Of a DNA stretch of 64,000 bases, positions 9,434-20,787 are shown piece by piece (within the stretch, counting starts at the first letter, position 1; the number at the start of each line of letters is the position of its first letter). The stretch is from positions 2,592,001 through 2,656,000 of the forward strand of contig JAXHMG010000003.1 in assembly GCA_034521595.1 (NCBI GenBank), given 5' to 3'. A program made the translations under genes and the position numbers. The notes beneath the pieces are model-generated. The model saw only the letters and a program-made list of their open reading frames with translations, made no database searches and was not told the DNA's origin. Source of the stretch: Gemmatimonadota bacterium. Lineage in GTDB: Bacteria; Gemmatimonadota; Gemmatimonadetes; Longimicrobiales; Gaopeijiaceae.

Positions 9434-10191
9434 CACGCCGCTTCCGCCTTTCGGGGCACATCCGCCCACACGGACCGACCGAGACGCGCAAGGCCCAGGA
9501 ACGTGCGGAACGGATTGAACCGTGAAGGCCGCCGCCTCAGGTCGTAACGGAAGGTGAGCGGCGCTTCGTCCACCCGCCGGGCGTGCGGTGCCAACTGCCC
9601 GAGCAGCTCGACGTTCGCCGCCCAGCCGTCGGAGCGAAGCAGGAACGCGTCGTCCGAGAGATCGCGAAAAGCCTTCTTGAGCACGATGACCCGGTAGGCA
9701 CGCATCCCGGCGAACGGATCGGAGACCGGCGAAGACCGCACGAGGCCACGCAGAAAGAAGCCGGCGAGTCGGCGCGTCCACCGCACGCCGTCCGGAGCGG
9801 ACCGGAGCGACCCGTCCTCACGGCCCGCGACGATATCCGCCCCACCCTCGAATACCTTCACCAGATCCACGACGTCCTCGGGATTCTCCGTGAAGTCGCC
9901 CTGCATCACCACCGCACAATCCCGTTTGGGATAGGGCGCCACGCTCGCGACGTGCCGCAACAGCCGCTCGACGGCGCGCCCGTATCCGAGCCGCTCCTCC
10001 GAGCGAAGCACGGTCAGCGGCACGGCTCGGCGGTATCGCTGAAGCACCTCACCCGTATCGTCCTCCGAAGCGTCGTCATGGACGATGATCTTGTAGTCAC
10101 GACCGAACTCACCCAGGACCCTGCGGATCTTCCAGAGCAGGACGCCGACGGTCGAGGCTTCGTTGTGGACCGGGATACAGACGTAGATCAA
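9433..10191 (-). CDS. Glycosyltransferase family 2
   Basis: IYVCIPVHNE, VHDDASED, GYGRA, MQGDF, DIVAG. Confidence 0.88.
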   Translation of the reverse strand: MIYVCIPVHNEASTVGVLLWKIRRVLGEFGRDYKIIVHDDASEDDTGEVLQRYRRAVPLTVLRSEERLGYGRAVERLLRHVASVAPYPKRDCAVVMQGDFTENPEDVVDLVKVFEGGADIVAGREDGSLRSAPDGVRWTRRLAGFFLRGLVRSSPVSDPFAGMRAYRVIVLKKAFRDLSDDAFLLRSDGWAANVELLGQLAPHARRVDEAPLTFRYDLRRRPSRFNPFRTFLGLARLGRSVWADVPRKAEAA

Positions 10192-10265
10192 GGCTCGTGT
10201 TCCTCACGGGCGAAGTGGGCGGAATCGGGCTGCCGAAGCGTCCGCCGGAGCTGACGGTATTGTAC

Positions 10266-11213
10266 CTACCCTCCTTCCGGCGGTTCCTCGGGCGGACGTG
10301 TCTTCCAGCGCTTGTGCTGCCAGAAGTACTGTTCGGGATGTCGACGCACCGCGTCCTCGACCGCCGAGACGTAGGCGGTCGTGAACGCGGTGACGTCACG
10401 GTCCCGGTCCCCCGTGGGCTCGAAAGGGAGGCGCTCGACGGTGACGCGGTATCGCTGGCCCCAACCGGGCTCCCGGACCGCGAAGCCCAGGAACGCCGGA
10501 ACACCCGTCCGCAAGGCGAAGGTCGCGCTGCCCCGCGCCGTCGCCGCGGCACGTCCGAAAAACGGCACGAAGATGCCGTTGCGGTGCGCGTTCTGGTCGC
10601 CGAGGATCGCCACGACCCGACCCGAGCGTAGCGAGCGGAGCACCTCCCTCGGGGCCTCGGACATCTCCACCACCCGAACGCCCAACCGGGCGCGCGTTGC
10701 GAAGAGCGCACGCTCGAACCGCCGGTTCGCCATCCCCTTCACCACGGCCTCGACCGGAAGCCCACGCGCGGCCAACGCGGCCCCTCCGACCTCCCAGTTC
10801 CCAAGGTGGGCCGTGAGCAAAAGGGCGCCACCGGCTTGCTCCGTCGCCTCTCGCAACTCCTCCAGCCCCGACACCCGCGTGCGCTCGACGAGCTGCTCGC
10901 GCGACCAGGCTCCGTATCGAAACAGCACGACGAATTCCCGGGCGAGGTGGCGGTAGCTCGCCCTCGCGACCCGCGCACGCTCGCTGCGGCTCTTCTCCGG
11001 GAAGGCCCACTCGAGGTGCCGGTCGACGTCCGAGCGGCGGATCCGGAGCACGGAGCCGGCCAGCGTGCCGAGCAAGGCCGCCAACCGTGTGGCCAGGCGC
11101 TCCGGGAGGACGGACACCGCGCCGCGCAGGACCCGGAACAGAGCGAATTCGGCCCGATGCGCGAACCGCTCGCGACCTGCGTCAGGGCCGGCGGGAGCCA
11201 CACGCGCGCTCAT
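10266..11213 (-). CDS. lpxL: Lipid A late acyltransferase (LpxL/HtrB family)
   Basis: AHLGNWE, LGDQ, VPFFG, PEQYFWQHKRWK. Confidence 0.9.
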   Translation of the reverse strand: MSARVAPAGPDAGRERFAHRAEFALFRVLRGAVSVLPERLATRLAALLGTLAGSVLRIRRSDVDRHLEWAFPEKSRSERARVARASYRHLAREFVVLFRYGAWSREQLVERTRVSGLEELREATEQAGGALLLTAHLGNWEVGGAALAARGLPVEAVVKGMANRRFERALFATRARLGVRVVEMSEAPREVLRSLRSGRVVAILGDQNAHRNGIFVPFFGRAAATARGSATFALRTGVPAFLGFAVREPGWGQRYRVTVERLPFEPTGDRDRDVTAFTTAYVSAVEDAVRRHPEQYFWQHKRWKTRPPEEPPEGG

Positions 11214-13036
11214 GCCGCCGGAGGAGCGGGATCACGGAACTGGAGATCGTAGAGGCGCCGGTACGCTCCGCCACGCTCCATGAGCGAAGCGTGCGTGCCG
11301 CGCTCCACGATCCGACCGCGATCCATCACCAGAATCTCGTCCGCCCGCTGCACCGTCGAGAGCCGGTGAGCGATGACGAACACCGTCCGCCCCTCGAGGA
11401 GCCGTTCGATCGCTCCCTGAATGAGCTGCTCGGACTCCGAATCGAGCGCGCTCGTCGCCTCGTCGAAGATCAGGATGGGCGGATCCTTCAGGAGCGCCCG
11501 CGCGATCGCGATACGCTGCCGCTGTCCGCCCGAGAGCTCGACGCCGCGCTCCCCCACGACCGTGTCATAGCCCTCGGGCATCTCCTCGATGAATCCGTGC
11601 GCGTGTGCCGCCCGGACCGCGTCCTCGATCCGTTCGTCGGACGCGTCCGGAGACGCGTAGGCGATGTTCGCTCGCACGGTGTCGTGGAACAGGACCGTCT
11701 CCTGCGAGACGATGCCCATGAGCGCGCGAAGGTCGCGGATGCGCACGTCGCGCACGTCGATGCCGTCGATCGCCACACGTCCGGCATCGACTTCATAGAA
11801 ACGCCCCACCAGGTCCACGACGGTGCTCTTTCCCGCGCCGCTCGGCCCCACGATCGCGACCACGGAGCCCTTCGGAACCCGGAAGCTCACCTTGTCCAGT
11901 ACCGGTTCGTCCGCTCTGTACCCGAATGAAACGTCGTCGAAGGAGATCTCCCGCTCGAATGAGGGGAGGGGCCGCGCGTCGGGTGCGTCGTCGATCTCGA
12001 CCGGGGCGTCCAGGAACTCGAACACCCGCTCGACCGCGACCAGACCCGGCTGCGCCGTGGCCGGGAACTTCGCCACGTTCTTCACCGGCGCGTAGAGCTT
12101 GAGCGAAAGGCCGAGGAAGCCCACGAGCTCGGCCCCCGCCATGTCCCCCCCGACCACCAGGCGCGCCCCGTACCAGAGCAACACGCCCGTGCCCGCCGCC
12201 GCGAGCATTTCGGTCACGGGGGCGGCCGCGGCCCGCGCCAGCTCCGCCCTCAGGAACTGGCGGAAATAGCCTCCGGTCAGCCCACGGAAGCGTTCCCGCT
12301 CACGCTCCTCCGCCGACGAAGACTTGACCAGCCGGATTCCGGCGAGCGTCTCCTGAATGTGCGCGTTGACCTCCCCTCCGAGGTGGAGCACCCGCCGGTC
12401 GCGGCGCCGGAGCACGGAGACCAACGGCCCCCAAATGATCATCGCCCCGGGGATGACCACGAACGCGGCGAGCGTCAGCCTCCACGAGATCAGAAGCATG
12501 GCGGTCACCGCCACGGCGAACTCGAAGAAAGCCGAGACCAAGCGCGAGAACTCCGACGTGACCAGCGTTCGCAGCTGCTCGACCTCGGTCGTGAGACGGC
12601 TCACGATCTGACCCATGCGCATCCGCCCGAAGAAGGCCAGATCCAACTTCACGAGGTGATCGTAGACCGTGTTCCGGAGATCGCGGTTGACGCCCTGCTC
12701 GGCCCGGGCGACGAGGTAGGTGCGCGCGAACAGGACAACGTTCTTGAGGAGAAAAACGGCCAGGATCAAGAGGATGATCCGGTTCACCGCGACGAGCGGA
12801 TCTCCGCTCGGATCGGCCCAGCGGTACACCGTCGCCTCGAGAAGCCGGTCCATGGCGCTCCCGCTCCGGTCCGGCGGGCTCCCGCCCGAGACGAACAGCG
12901 CCTCGACGAACGGGATGAGGAGCACGTACGCCGCGGCGTCGAGGACGGCGAAGGCGGCCGTCGCCACGATCCCGGCCGCGAGAACCGGGGCGTGGGGCTT
13001 CAGGAAGGGGATGAGCCGAGCGGCACCGGACTTCAA
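11210..13036 (-). CDS. msbA: MsbA-like ABC transporter (TMD+NBD)
   Basis: GPSGAGKST, LSGGQRQR, ILIFDEATSALD, IAHRLST; N-terminal TM helices; coupled to lpxL. Confidence 0.85.
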   Translation of the reverse strand: MKSGAARLIPFLKPHAPVLAAGIVATAAFAVLDAAAYVLLIPFVEALFVSGGSPPDRSGSAMDRLLEATVYRWADPSGDPLVAVNRIILLILAVFLLKNVVLFARTYLVARAEQGVNRDLRNTVYDHLVKLDLAFFGRMRMGQIVSRLTTEVEQLRTLVTSEFSRLVSAFFEFAVAVTAMLLISWRLTLAAFVVIPGAMIIWGPLVSVLRRRDRRVLHLGGEVNAHIQETLAGIRLVKSSSAEERERERFRGLTGGYFRQFLRAELARAAAAPVTEMLAAAGTGVLLWYGARLVVGGDMAGAELVGFLGLSLKLYAPVKNVAKFPATAQPGLVAVERVFEFLDAPVEIDDAPDARPLPSFEREISFDDVSFGYRADEPVLDKVSFRVPKGSVVAIVGPSGAGKSTVVDLVGRFYEVDAGRVAIDGIDVRDVRIRDLRALMGIVSQETVLFHDTVRANIAYASPDASDERIEDAVRAAHAHGFIEEMPEGYDTVVGERGVELSGGQRQRIAIARALLKDPPILIFDEATSALDSESEQLIQGAIERLLEGRTVFVIAHRLSTVQRADEILVMDRGRIVERGTHASLMERGGAYRRLYDLQFRDPAPPAA

Positions 13037-13041
13037 CGGGT

Positions 13042-14610
13042 CTACCTGGGTGTGAGGCTCGCGACCGGGACGATCATCTCCTCCGGGCTGATGCCACCGT
13101 GCATGAAGGAGTTCCGGTACCGGGCCTGGTACTCCCGGAGCTTGGTCGGATAGACCAGATAGTAGTCCTCGAGCGTGAGGAGATAGGTCATGCCCAATCC
13201 GCCCGCGGGCAGTCGGAGGTCCCGGGCGTCCGACGTCAAAAACGCGGTGGATCGGTCCTCTACCCGGAGGTCCTGGCCGAACTTATAGCGCAAGTTGCTG
13301 GTCGCGTCCCGCCGTGCGAAGACCGTGGTCGGACGCTGGCAGAGAATCGATCCGTGGTCCGTCGTGAATACGACCCGGTGCCCCGCCGCCGCCACCTCCC
13401 GCAGGACCTGGTAGGCGGTCGACCGCTCGAACCACGAGCGGGTCAGGTCGCGGAGCGCGGTCTCGTCCCGGGCGACCTCCATGAGAATGGGAGACTCCGA
13501 GCGGCCGTGCGTCATGAGGTCGACGAAGTTGAAGACGAGGGCGATCACCGAGCCGGGCTTCTTCGCCGCGGAGTTCACGCGAGCGCGCACCTGATCACCG
13601 TGCTTGTCCGAGAAGATCTTCTCGTAGTGGACCGGGACGGCGCGGCCGGTGAGGCGTTCCAACTGCTCCTCGAGCAGCTCGTCCTCGAACGCGTTGAGGC
13701 TGCCTTCGTCGTCCGAAGCGTCCCACCAACCCGGCCGCTCGCGCGCGATCTCGTCGGGGAAGAGCCCGCTGAAGATCGCGTTCCGGGCGTAGGGGCTGGC
13801 CGTCGGCAGAATCGAGTAGTGGTACGCCTCTTCGATATCGAAATCCTCGGCGAGCAACGGGACGATGGTGCGCCACTGGTCGAGGCGCATGCAGTCGAGC
13901 ACCACGAAGTAGACGGGAGCGTCTCCGAGCTTCGGGACCAGAAAGTCACGCACGAGATCCACCGACAGCGTCGGGCGCTCACCCTGGCCGTGCATCCAAC
14001 GGGGGTACTCCCGCATCGCCCACTCCCCGAAATCCCGCCTCAGATCGACCATCATCGTCCGCAGCGAGTCGAGCAAGCCCGTCTCGCCCGAGTCGGTGAG
14101 GCGGAGGTCCCAATCCACCATCTCCGTATACACGGTAGTGAAGTCGTCGGCCGTGTCCGCGTCCTGCGCGCGGCGCGTCAGCTGCCCGAAGCGAGAGGCG
14201 AAATCCTGCGCCACCCTCTGTTGGCGAATCGAGGATCCCTCGAGGATCCGGGTCACGACCGAGAGCACCTGACGCGGGCTCGTGGGCTTGACGAGATAGT
14301 CGTCCACGCGACGCCCGATCGCCTCGGTCATCGTGTGGTCCTCTTCCGATTTGGTGATCATCACGACGCGCTGGTGCGGATCGTGACGGCGCAGGAGCTC
14401 GAGGACGTCGAGGCCCCGGCGTCCCGGCATCTGCTCGTCGAGAAGGACGAGGTCGTAGGCTTGTTCCCTCAACAGCTCGAGCGCGTCGTCGCCGTTGGTA
14501 GCGGTGTCCACGTGGTAGCCCCGCGCCTGCAGGAAGAGCAGGTGCGGCTTGAGGAGGTCGACTTCGTCGTCGACCCAGAGGATCCGCTTCGCGGGACGTG
14601 TGTTGGGCAT
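13042..14610 (-). CDS. porX: PorX-like response regulator (REC + PglZ/alkaline-phosphatase domain)
   Basis: ILWVDDE, LLDEQMPG, MITKSEE, YLVKP, then VLDCMRLDQW, SILPTASPYARNAIFSG, NFVDLMTH, TTDHG, HGGISPEEM. Confidence 0.88.
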   Translation of the reverse strand: MPNTRPAKRILWVDDEVDLLKPHLLFLQARGYHVDTATNGDDALELLREQAYDLVLLDEQMPGRRGLDVLELLRRHDPHQRVVMITKSEEDHTMTEAIGRRVDDYLVKPTSPRQVLSVVTRILEGSSIRQQRVAQDFASRFGQLTRRAQDADTADDFTTVYTEMVDWDLRLTDSGETGLLDSLRTMMVDLRRDFGEWAMREYPRWMHGQGERPTLSVDLVRDFLVPKLGDAPVYFVVLDCMRLDQWRTIVPLLAEDFDIEEAYHYSILPTASPYARNAIFSGLFPDEIARERPGWWDASDDEGSLNAFEDELLEEQLERLTGRAVPVHYEKIFSDKHGDQVRARVNSAAKKPGSVIALVFNFVDLMTHGRSESPILMEVARDETALRDLTRSWFERSTAYQVLREVAAAGHRVVFTTDHGSILCQRPTTVFARRDATSNLRYKFGQDLRVEDRSTAFLTSDARDLRLPAGGLGMTYLLTLEDYYLVYPTKLREYQARYRNSFMHGGISPEEMIVPVASLTPR

Positions 14611-14863
14611 GGTGCTCGGAAACTAACGACGACACACCGGGCGGACATGACCGGTGCGCGTCGGGCGGCGAGAGCGGGCTCTCGCTCACCGCGAGGAGCA
14701 TGCGCCGTCGAGGCGGCGCCGAGCCTCGACGGTAGCTTTTGCGCACTACCGGCAACGATGTACACGGGCACCCCGAATCTCGGGGGACGTTGCGGCAGGC
14801 CGCGTGTACCTAATCTTTGAGCGTCCCGCGCATTCGCGCGCGTACGAGATCTCGAGGAACGCC

Positions 14864-15181
14864 ATGAAGCTCATCGCGACCCAAAAGCAGGAACAGAACC
14901 ACGCCATGATCGATCCGTGGACCGTGGTGCACTTCAGCACCGGGCTTGCGGCGGGGCTCTTGGGCGTGCCCCGGCGGCTGTCCCATCCGGCAGCCGTCGC
15001 GTACGAGCTCGTGGAGCAGTACATGGAGCGCCAGAAGTGGGGGCGGGAGTTTTTCGAGACCCACCGCCACGAATCCGTGCCGAACGCCGTGGTGGACGTC
15101 GTCGTGTTCGCGGTCGGCCACTACCTCGGCGAAGCGTGGAACGATACCCGCGCCCCCTCGTGGAAAAGCTGGATCAGGTGA
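14864..15181 (+). CDS. Small membrane hypothetical protein
   Basis: GAGGA RBS; DPWTVVHF...YELVE...ESVPNAVVD with hydrophobic helices. Confidence 0.7.
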   Translation: MKLIATQKQEQNHAMIDPWTVVHFSTGLAAGLLGVPRRLSHPAAVAYELVEQYMERQKWGREFFETHRHESVPNAVVDVVVFAVGHYLGEAWNDTRAPSWKSWIR

Positions 15182-15190
15182 GCCGGTCGC

Positions 15191-15859
15191 TCACATGATG
15201 ATCCGGTAGGGGAACCACGCCGCCACCGGTGTTCCTCGGCGGGTCGCCGGCCGGAAGACCCACGCCGACGCTTCCTCGATGAGGCGACGATTGAAGCTCC
15301 GATCCTCCGTGGGTGGCTCCAGGCGCGTGGAATCCGGAACGACCCGCCCGGTGGAGTCGACGAAGACCCACACCTGAACCTCGGTGCCATCTAGGTCGCT
15401 ATTGGTCGGGGGGATGATCATCCCTTTCGGAGACGGGGGCTGCAGCTCGCTGGTGCCGCTCTCGGCCGAGCCCCGGTCTCCGCTGCCGGCCCCGTCCTCG
15501 ACGCCCGGGGCTTCGTCGAGGCCGGGCCGTTCGCCGAGCAGCTCCGCCGGATCCACGTCGGGCGCCTCGTCGAACTCGACCCGCTCCACCGCGACCTCGA
15601 CGGCCACCGGCTCCGGCGGGGGCACCACCGGCGTCCTCGGAGCCGCGCGGATGTTCACCGTCCTCACGGCACCGGCGGCCACCCGCGGATCACCACGGTC
15701 CGGGCCGGCCGCTGCTGAAGAAGCTCCCGGAAGCGCATCGCCCCGCCAAGCGAGAAAGACCAGCACGTGCAGCAGCAACGATACGACCAACCCCGCCCGC
15801 CACACCGCGCGGTCGCGCGCGCGCCGGATGCGAACGGTAGAAAGATGGGTGTCGGCCAT
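15191..15859 (-). CDS. TonB-like energy transducer protein
   Basis: TM helix with SLLLH motif, Pro-rich linker, C-terminal VQVWVFVDSTGRV...WVFRPA...G.PV; divergent from susC. Confidence 0.75.
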   Translation of the reverse strand: MADTHLSTVRIRRARDRAVWRAGLVVSLLLHVLVFLAWRGDALPGASSAAAGPDRGDPRVAAGAVRTVNIRAAPRTPVVPPPEPVAVEVAVERVEFDEAPDVDPAELLGERPGLDEAPGVEDGAGSGDRGSAESGTSELQPPSPKGMIIPPTNSDLDGTEVQVWVFVDSTGRVVPDSTRLEPPTEDRSFNRRLIEEASAWVFRPATRRGTPVAAWFPYRIIM

Positions 15860-16255
15860 GGAGATTCGAAACCGGAACCGGTGATGCGAACGGGGTGATC
15901 CAGTCGGAGCCACACCTATGGTACTGGTTTGCCACCCATGAGTTTCCCGGACCGCTCCAGCGACCATCCCGGGTGAGCGCTCACACCCGAGAGGCACTGC
16001 GCCCTAGCTGCGTCGCACGCCGATGATTATCGCATGCTTGACTTTTCCACCTCCCCCGCCCTACGGTGGCACACGAGTGTGTGCACGAGCGCGCACTCAA
16101 AACCGTAGCGTTCAGCTGGAAACGAGCGGCGTGAAGCGGTCCCCGGAGTTGCGACGGCGTGGTGTCTCCACGTTGGAGCGCCCCGAGGGCGGCGGAGTGT
16201 CCGTCGGTTCTGCTTGCGCTCGAAATTCCCGCAGATCCCACACAGGAGGTTCCTG

Positions 16256-19200
16256 ATGGCGGCTCTCAATGTTCGCAATGAGCCGGACCAACGGTCTTCC
16301 GGCGTGCAACGACGAGGACTGCTCGCGAGCGTGATCACGCTCGCGATGCTGGTCTTACTGACCGTCCCCGTCAAAGCACAAGAGACCGGCCAAATCACCG
16401 GGAGAGTCCTCGACGCGCAGTCGGGCGGCCCGCTCTCCGAAGTCCAGGTCTTCGTCGAAGGCCTACAGCTCGGCTCTCTGTCCCGCGCCGACGGACGCTT
16501 CATCATCCTCAACGTTCCGGCCGGCACCCACACGATCGGCGCCGAACGGATCGGCTACTCGTCCCAGACCCAGACGGTCGACGTGACCGCAGGGGGCACG
16601 ACGACCGTCGATTTCAACCTCGAATCGGAGGCGCTGGGCCTCGACGAGATCGTCGTGACCGGCGCGGCAGGCTCCGCACGGCGGCGCGAAATCGGCAACT
16701 CGATCTCGCAGATCGACGTCGCGGACCGCATGGATCAGCCGACGAGCGTGAACGACCTGCTCCAGAGCTCGGCGCCCGGCATCGAGCTCACCGGAGGTAG
16801 CGGGCAGCTCGGCCAGGGCAAGCAAATCCGGCTGCGCGGCAACTCCAGCGTCTCGATGACGAACCAGCCCATCATCTATGTGGACGGCGTTCGCATGATG
16901 GACGGAGGGTTCCCCCGCGTCGACACGCCCGGAATGACTCAGGGCCGCGGCGCACGGACCACCGCGAGCCCGCTCGACAACATCAACCCCAACGACATCG
17001 ACCGAATCGAGGTCATCAAGGGCTCGGCGGCGACGACGTTGTTCGGGACCGAGGCGTCCGCCGGGGTGATCCAGATCTTCACCAAGCGCGGATCCTCCGG
17101 AGCACCGGTTTGGACCGCCGAGGTCCAGCAGGGGACCGGCTGGGCCAAGAAGTACGGCGTCAACGGCGTCAACTACATGCACATGGAGCATTTCCTCCGT
17201 CCGGCCTGGTGGGGCTCGGGCTACGAGGGGGGCGAGTTCAGCCGTCCGTGCGTCACGCCAGACATGGGCGCGAACCCGGACGACACGCCGTTCGACGAGG
17301 TTGCGCGCACCGAAATGTGGGAGGGCGCCAACTCCGACCCCGACGGGGCCTGCCACTGGCCCGGGGCCCAGTGGTACCAGAACTACAACGTCTCCGTCCG
17401 TGGCGGCGGCCAGGACCTGCAGTACTTCCTCTCGGGAGCCTACCAGGACGACACGGGCATGCTCCCGTTGGACGAGCAGGAGCGGTACAACCTGCAGGCC
17501 AACTTCACGATGACGCCGCTGGACGATCTCCAGATCCAGTGGTCGACCGGCTTCACGCGTTCGTGGATGCAGCTCACCCCTTCGGGCAACAACCTGTCGG
17601 GCATCGAGCTTCAGATGATGCGTCAGGAGCGGAACTACATGGGCAGCGGTGATCCGCGGACCATCGCGGCGGCGCTCGACTACGACTACCAGCAGTGGAT
17701 CGAGCGTGTCACTTCGGGCCTCACGCTCAACTACAGCCCGATCGCGGACCTCACGAACCGGTTCACCGTGGGATACGACTACAGCCAGCAGGAAGGCCGT
17801 AACCTCATGCCCCAGGGCTTCTGGGAGCTGCCGGAAGGCGCGCTCACGAGCGACGTGTTCCAGAACCGAGTGCTGACGTTCGACTATGTCGGCACGTACA
17901 GCTTCCCCATCACCGGCGACGTCCGGTCGAACTTTTCGTGGGGCGGCCAGGCCATCGGTGAGGACCGGCGCCGAGTCATCGCCTTCGGGCGCAACTTCCC
18001 GGGCGCGGCCGAACCCACGGTCAGCTCGGCTTCGGTGCGGCTCGCCGAGGAGGAGCGGGAGAAGGTCTGGAACGCAGGCTTCTTCTTCCAGAACGTGTTC
18101 GACATCTCGGACAAGTACTTCGTCACGCTCGGCCTCCGAGTGGACGGCAACAGCGCTTTCGGTGAAGGCTTCGGGCTCCAGACGTACCCGAAGGTCAGCG
18201 GCGCTTGGGTCGTCAGCGACGAGGCTTTCTGGCCCGAGGATTTCGGGAATCTGCGTCTCCGGACGGCTTACGGTCAGTCCGGACGCGCGCCCGGCACGTT
18301 CGACGCAGTGCGCACCTGGGAGCCGGTCGGCTTCATCGGCGACCCGGCGTTCCAGCCGGAGAACCGGGGCAACCCGAACCTCGGACCCGAAAGTCACGTC
18401 CGAGTTCGAAGCGGGCTTCGAGGGCTCATGGCTCAACGACCGGTTCTCGGCCAACTTCACGTACTTCGCCCAGAAGACGACGGACGCCCTCATGGACGTC
18501 AGCGGGATCCCGTCGCTGGGCTTCAGCAGCAGTCAGCTCGAGAACGTCGGCGAGCTCGAGAACAAGGGCATCGAGCTCCAACTCGACGGTACCGTGATCC
18601 AGGGCGCCGAATGGGGCCTCGATCTGGGTCTCGGCGTCTCCACCGCGCACTCCAAGGTGCTTTCGCTGGGCGACACGGAGCCCTTCAACGCGCTCGACGG
18701 CCGCATCATGGAAGGGCACTCGGTGCCGGTGGCCTGGGGCGAGCGCGTGGCGAACCCCGACGAGATCGCCGACCCGGTCTACGAGGAGAACGGTGAGAAC
18801 GTGGTGATCGGGCCCGAGTTTCCGACGCACTTCGTTCTGCCCAGCATCAACTTGCGCGTTCCGGGCAACATCACGCTGGCGGCACGCGGCGAGTATCGCG
18901 GCGGCAACATGGTAAACGTCAACCCGATCCCGATCGGCCGCTCGGTGCGCTCACCGCTCTGCTTCCCCTACTACGAGGATCCGGCGAACGACATCGAGTT
19001 GCAGGACGACATTCCCGCCATCTGGCGCGAGCGGTGTGATCCGGACATGGCCGAGGACTACTGGTTCGACGGCGACTACTTCAAGCTGCGCTCCGTCAGC
19101 GCGACGCTTCCGGTGGACTTCGCGTTCCCGGACCGCGTCTCCAACGCGGTCATGACCGTGGCACTGACGAACGCGTGGGACTGGTACCGCGAGGTGCCGT

Positions 19201-19316
19201 GGTACGACCTCGAGCTGACACCGGACGGCGGCGTGGAAGACGAAGGCTTCGCCAACGCCTCCGAGCGTACGCCGGCCCCGGCGAACCTCCGTATCTCCCT
19301 CCGCCTGACGTTCTGA
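16256..19316 (+). pseudogene. susC: SusC/RagA-type TonB-dependent receptor, interrupted by a single frameshift at about 18390 (real lesion or sequencing error)
   Basis: AGGAGG RBS, signal peptide, carboxypeptidase-like domain, LDEIVVTG, PIIYVDG, INPNDIDRIEVIKGSAATTLFG. GNPNLGPE continues as VTSEFEAG in the next frame (AAA at 18390-18392). Ends in the barrel signal LRLTF. Confidence 0.88.
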
Positions 19317-19331
19317 GGAGGGCGCAAAACC

Positions 19332-20692
19332 ATGGGAAACAAAATGAAATTCATTAGACGAGGAGGGGGCGCGGCGCCATCGGCGCCGCCGCCCTGCTCG
19401 CCATCACGGTGGCGGGGTGCGACGTGACCAACCCCGGACCCATTCAGGACGCGTTCCTCGCGGAGACGGAGGCGCAACCGGGTCTCATCAACGGCGCGCA
19501 ACGAACGATCACGGAGGAGTACACCGACCGTCTGCTCGATCTGGGCCTCATGGCTCGGGACATCTTCCCGGGCGGCCAGATCGGCGCGTGGGGAACCGGC
19601 GTGCCGATGCACGCGGGACACGTCAATGCGGGCGATGGACCGAGCTTCGACGACTTCCACGAGGCCCGATTCATCACGGAGACGGCGATCGCCCGGTTCA
19701 CCGAAGCCGGCGCGAGCGACAACATCCTGCACCAGGCGTGGCTCTGGAACGGTTACTCCTACCGAATCCTCGGCGAGTGGTGGTGCGACACGGTGCTCCC
19801 GACCCGGGACCCGACCGACACCTCCCCGTCCGAGTACATTCCGGGCACGACCGACCCCTACTTCGAGCGGGCGGTCGAGAGCTTCACGCAGGCGCTGAGC
19901 TACGCGACCAACGCCGACCAGCGTAACGCCGCCCTCGCCGGGCGTGCATCGGCACACCTGTGGCTCGGCAACTGGAGCGAAGCCTACGCCGACGCGGACG
20001 CGGTCGATGACACGGAGTTCACATCCGTGGTCAGGAACGACGACTCGGAGACCGACCTCTACAACTACCTCGCGGAAGCCAACAGCGGCACCTTCCGGTC
20101 CTACACGGTGGATTTCACGTGGTACAAGGACTACTACGAGGACACGGGTGATCCGCGGGTGCCGTCCGAGGACTCCGAGGAGTTTCCATTCGGCGTCGGG
20201 AGTCTGACGGGCTTCGGCCAGGTGCCGTACCGTCCGCAGCTCAAGTACACGTCACGGACGGACCCCATCAATCTCTCCAGCTACTGGGAGATGCAGCTCG
20301 TGAAGGCCGAGGCGATCCTGCAGGGCGCCGATTCCGGCGATCCCGAGGACGCGATGGAGGTGATCAACGACGTCCGCACACGTTCCGGCGTGGAGATGGA
20401 CGCGCTACCCACGAACGTTTCGGACGCCGAGGCCTGGGAGCACCTGAAGCGGGAACGGCGCATCGAGCTCTGGCTCGAGGGCCGCAACGCTCCCGACGAG
20501 CGACGTTGGAACGAGTTCGGGACACCGGGTGAGATCGACATTCCGGAGTGGGAGGATCCCGAGCATCCGGGGTACACCCCCCACTTCGCGAGCAACCCGC
20601 GTGGGCTCGATGGGGGCCCGCTCTGCTGGGACATCCCGACCGGCGAGCGGGACCAGAACCCGAACGTCCCCTCGATCCAGGAGGGTAGCTGA
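19332..20692 (+). CDS. susD: SusD/RagB-like lipoprotein; signal peptide disconnected by an apparent 1-nt deletion in the G run 19365-19369
   Basis: EMQLVKAEA, INDVRTR, ERRIELWLEG, WDIP..E...NPN. Adding one G gives MKFIRRGGGRGAIGAAALLAITVAG-C. Confidence 0.85.
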
Positions 20693-20730
20693 CCGCAACC
20701 GGATCGGTTGAGGATCCAGCACGAAGGAAC

Positions 20731-20766
20731 GGGCGTGGGGCGCAGCGCACCCCACGCCCTATTTTC
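20731..20766. terminator. Intrinsic terminator-like hairpin between convergent genes
   Basis: GGGCGTGGGG...CCCCACGCCC inverted repeat followed by TATTTT on the + strand. Confidence 0.75.
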
Positions 20767-20787
20767 GATTGATCGCGCGGTGTCTGG

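Noticed and set aside
13042-14610. BREX defence system (PglZ)
   Set aside because: The PglZ domain is fused to a receiver domain (PorX type); no brxC, pglX or brxL nearby.
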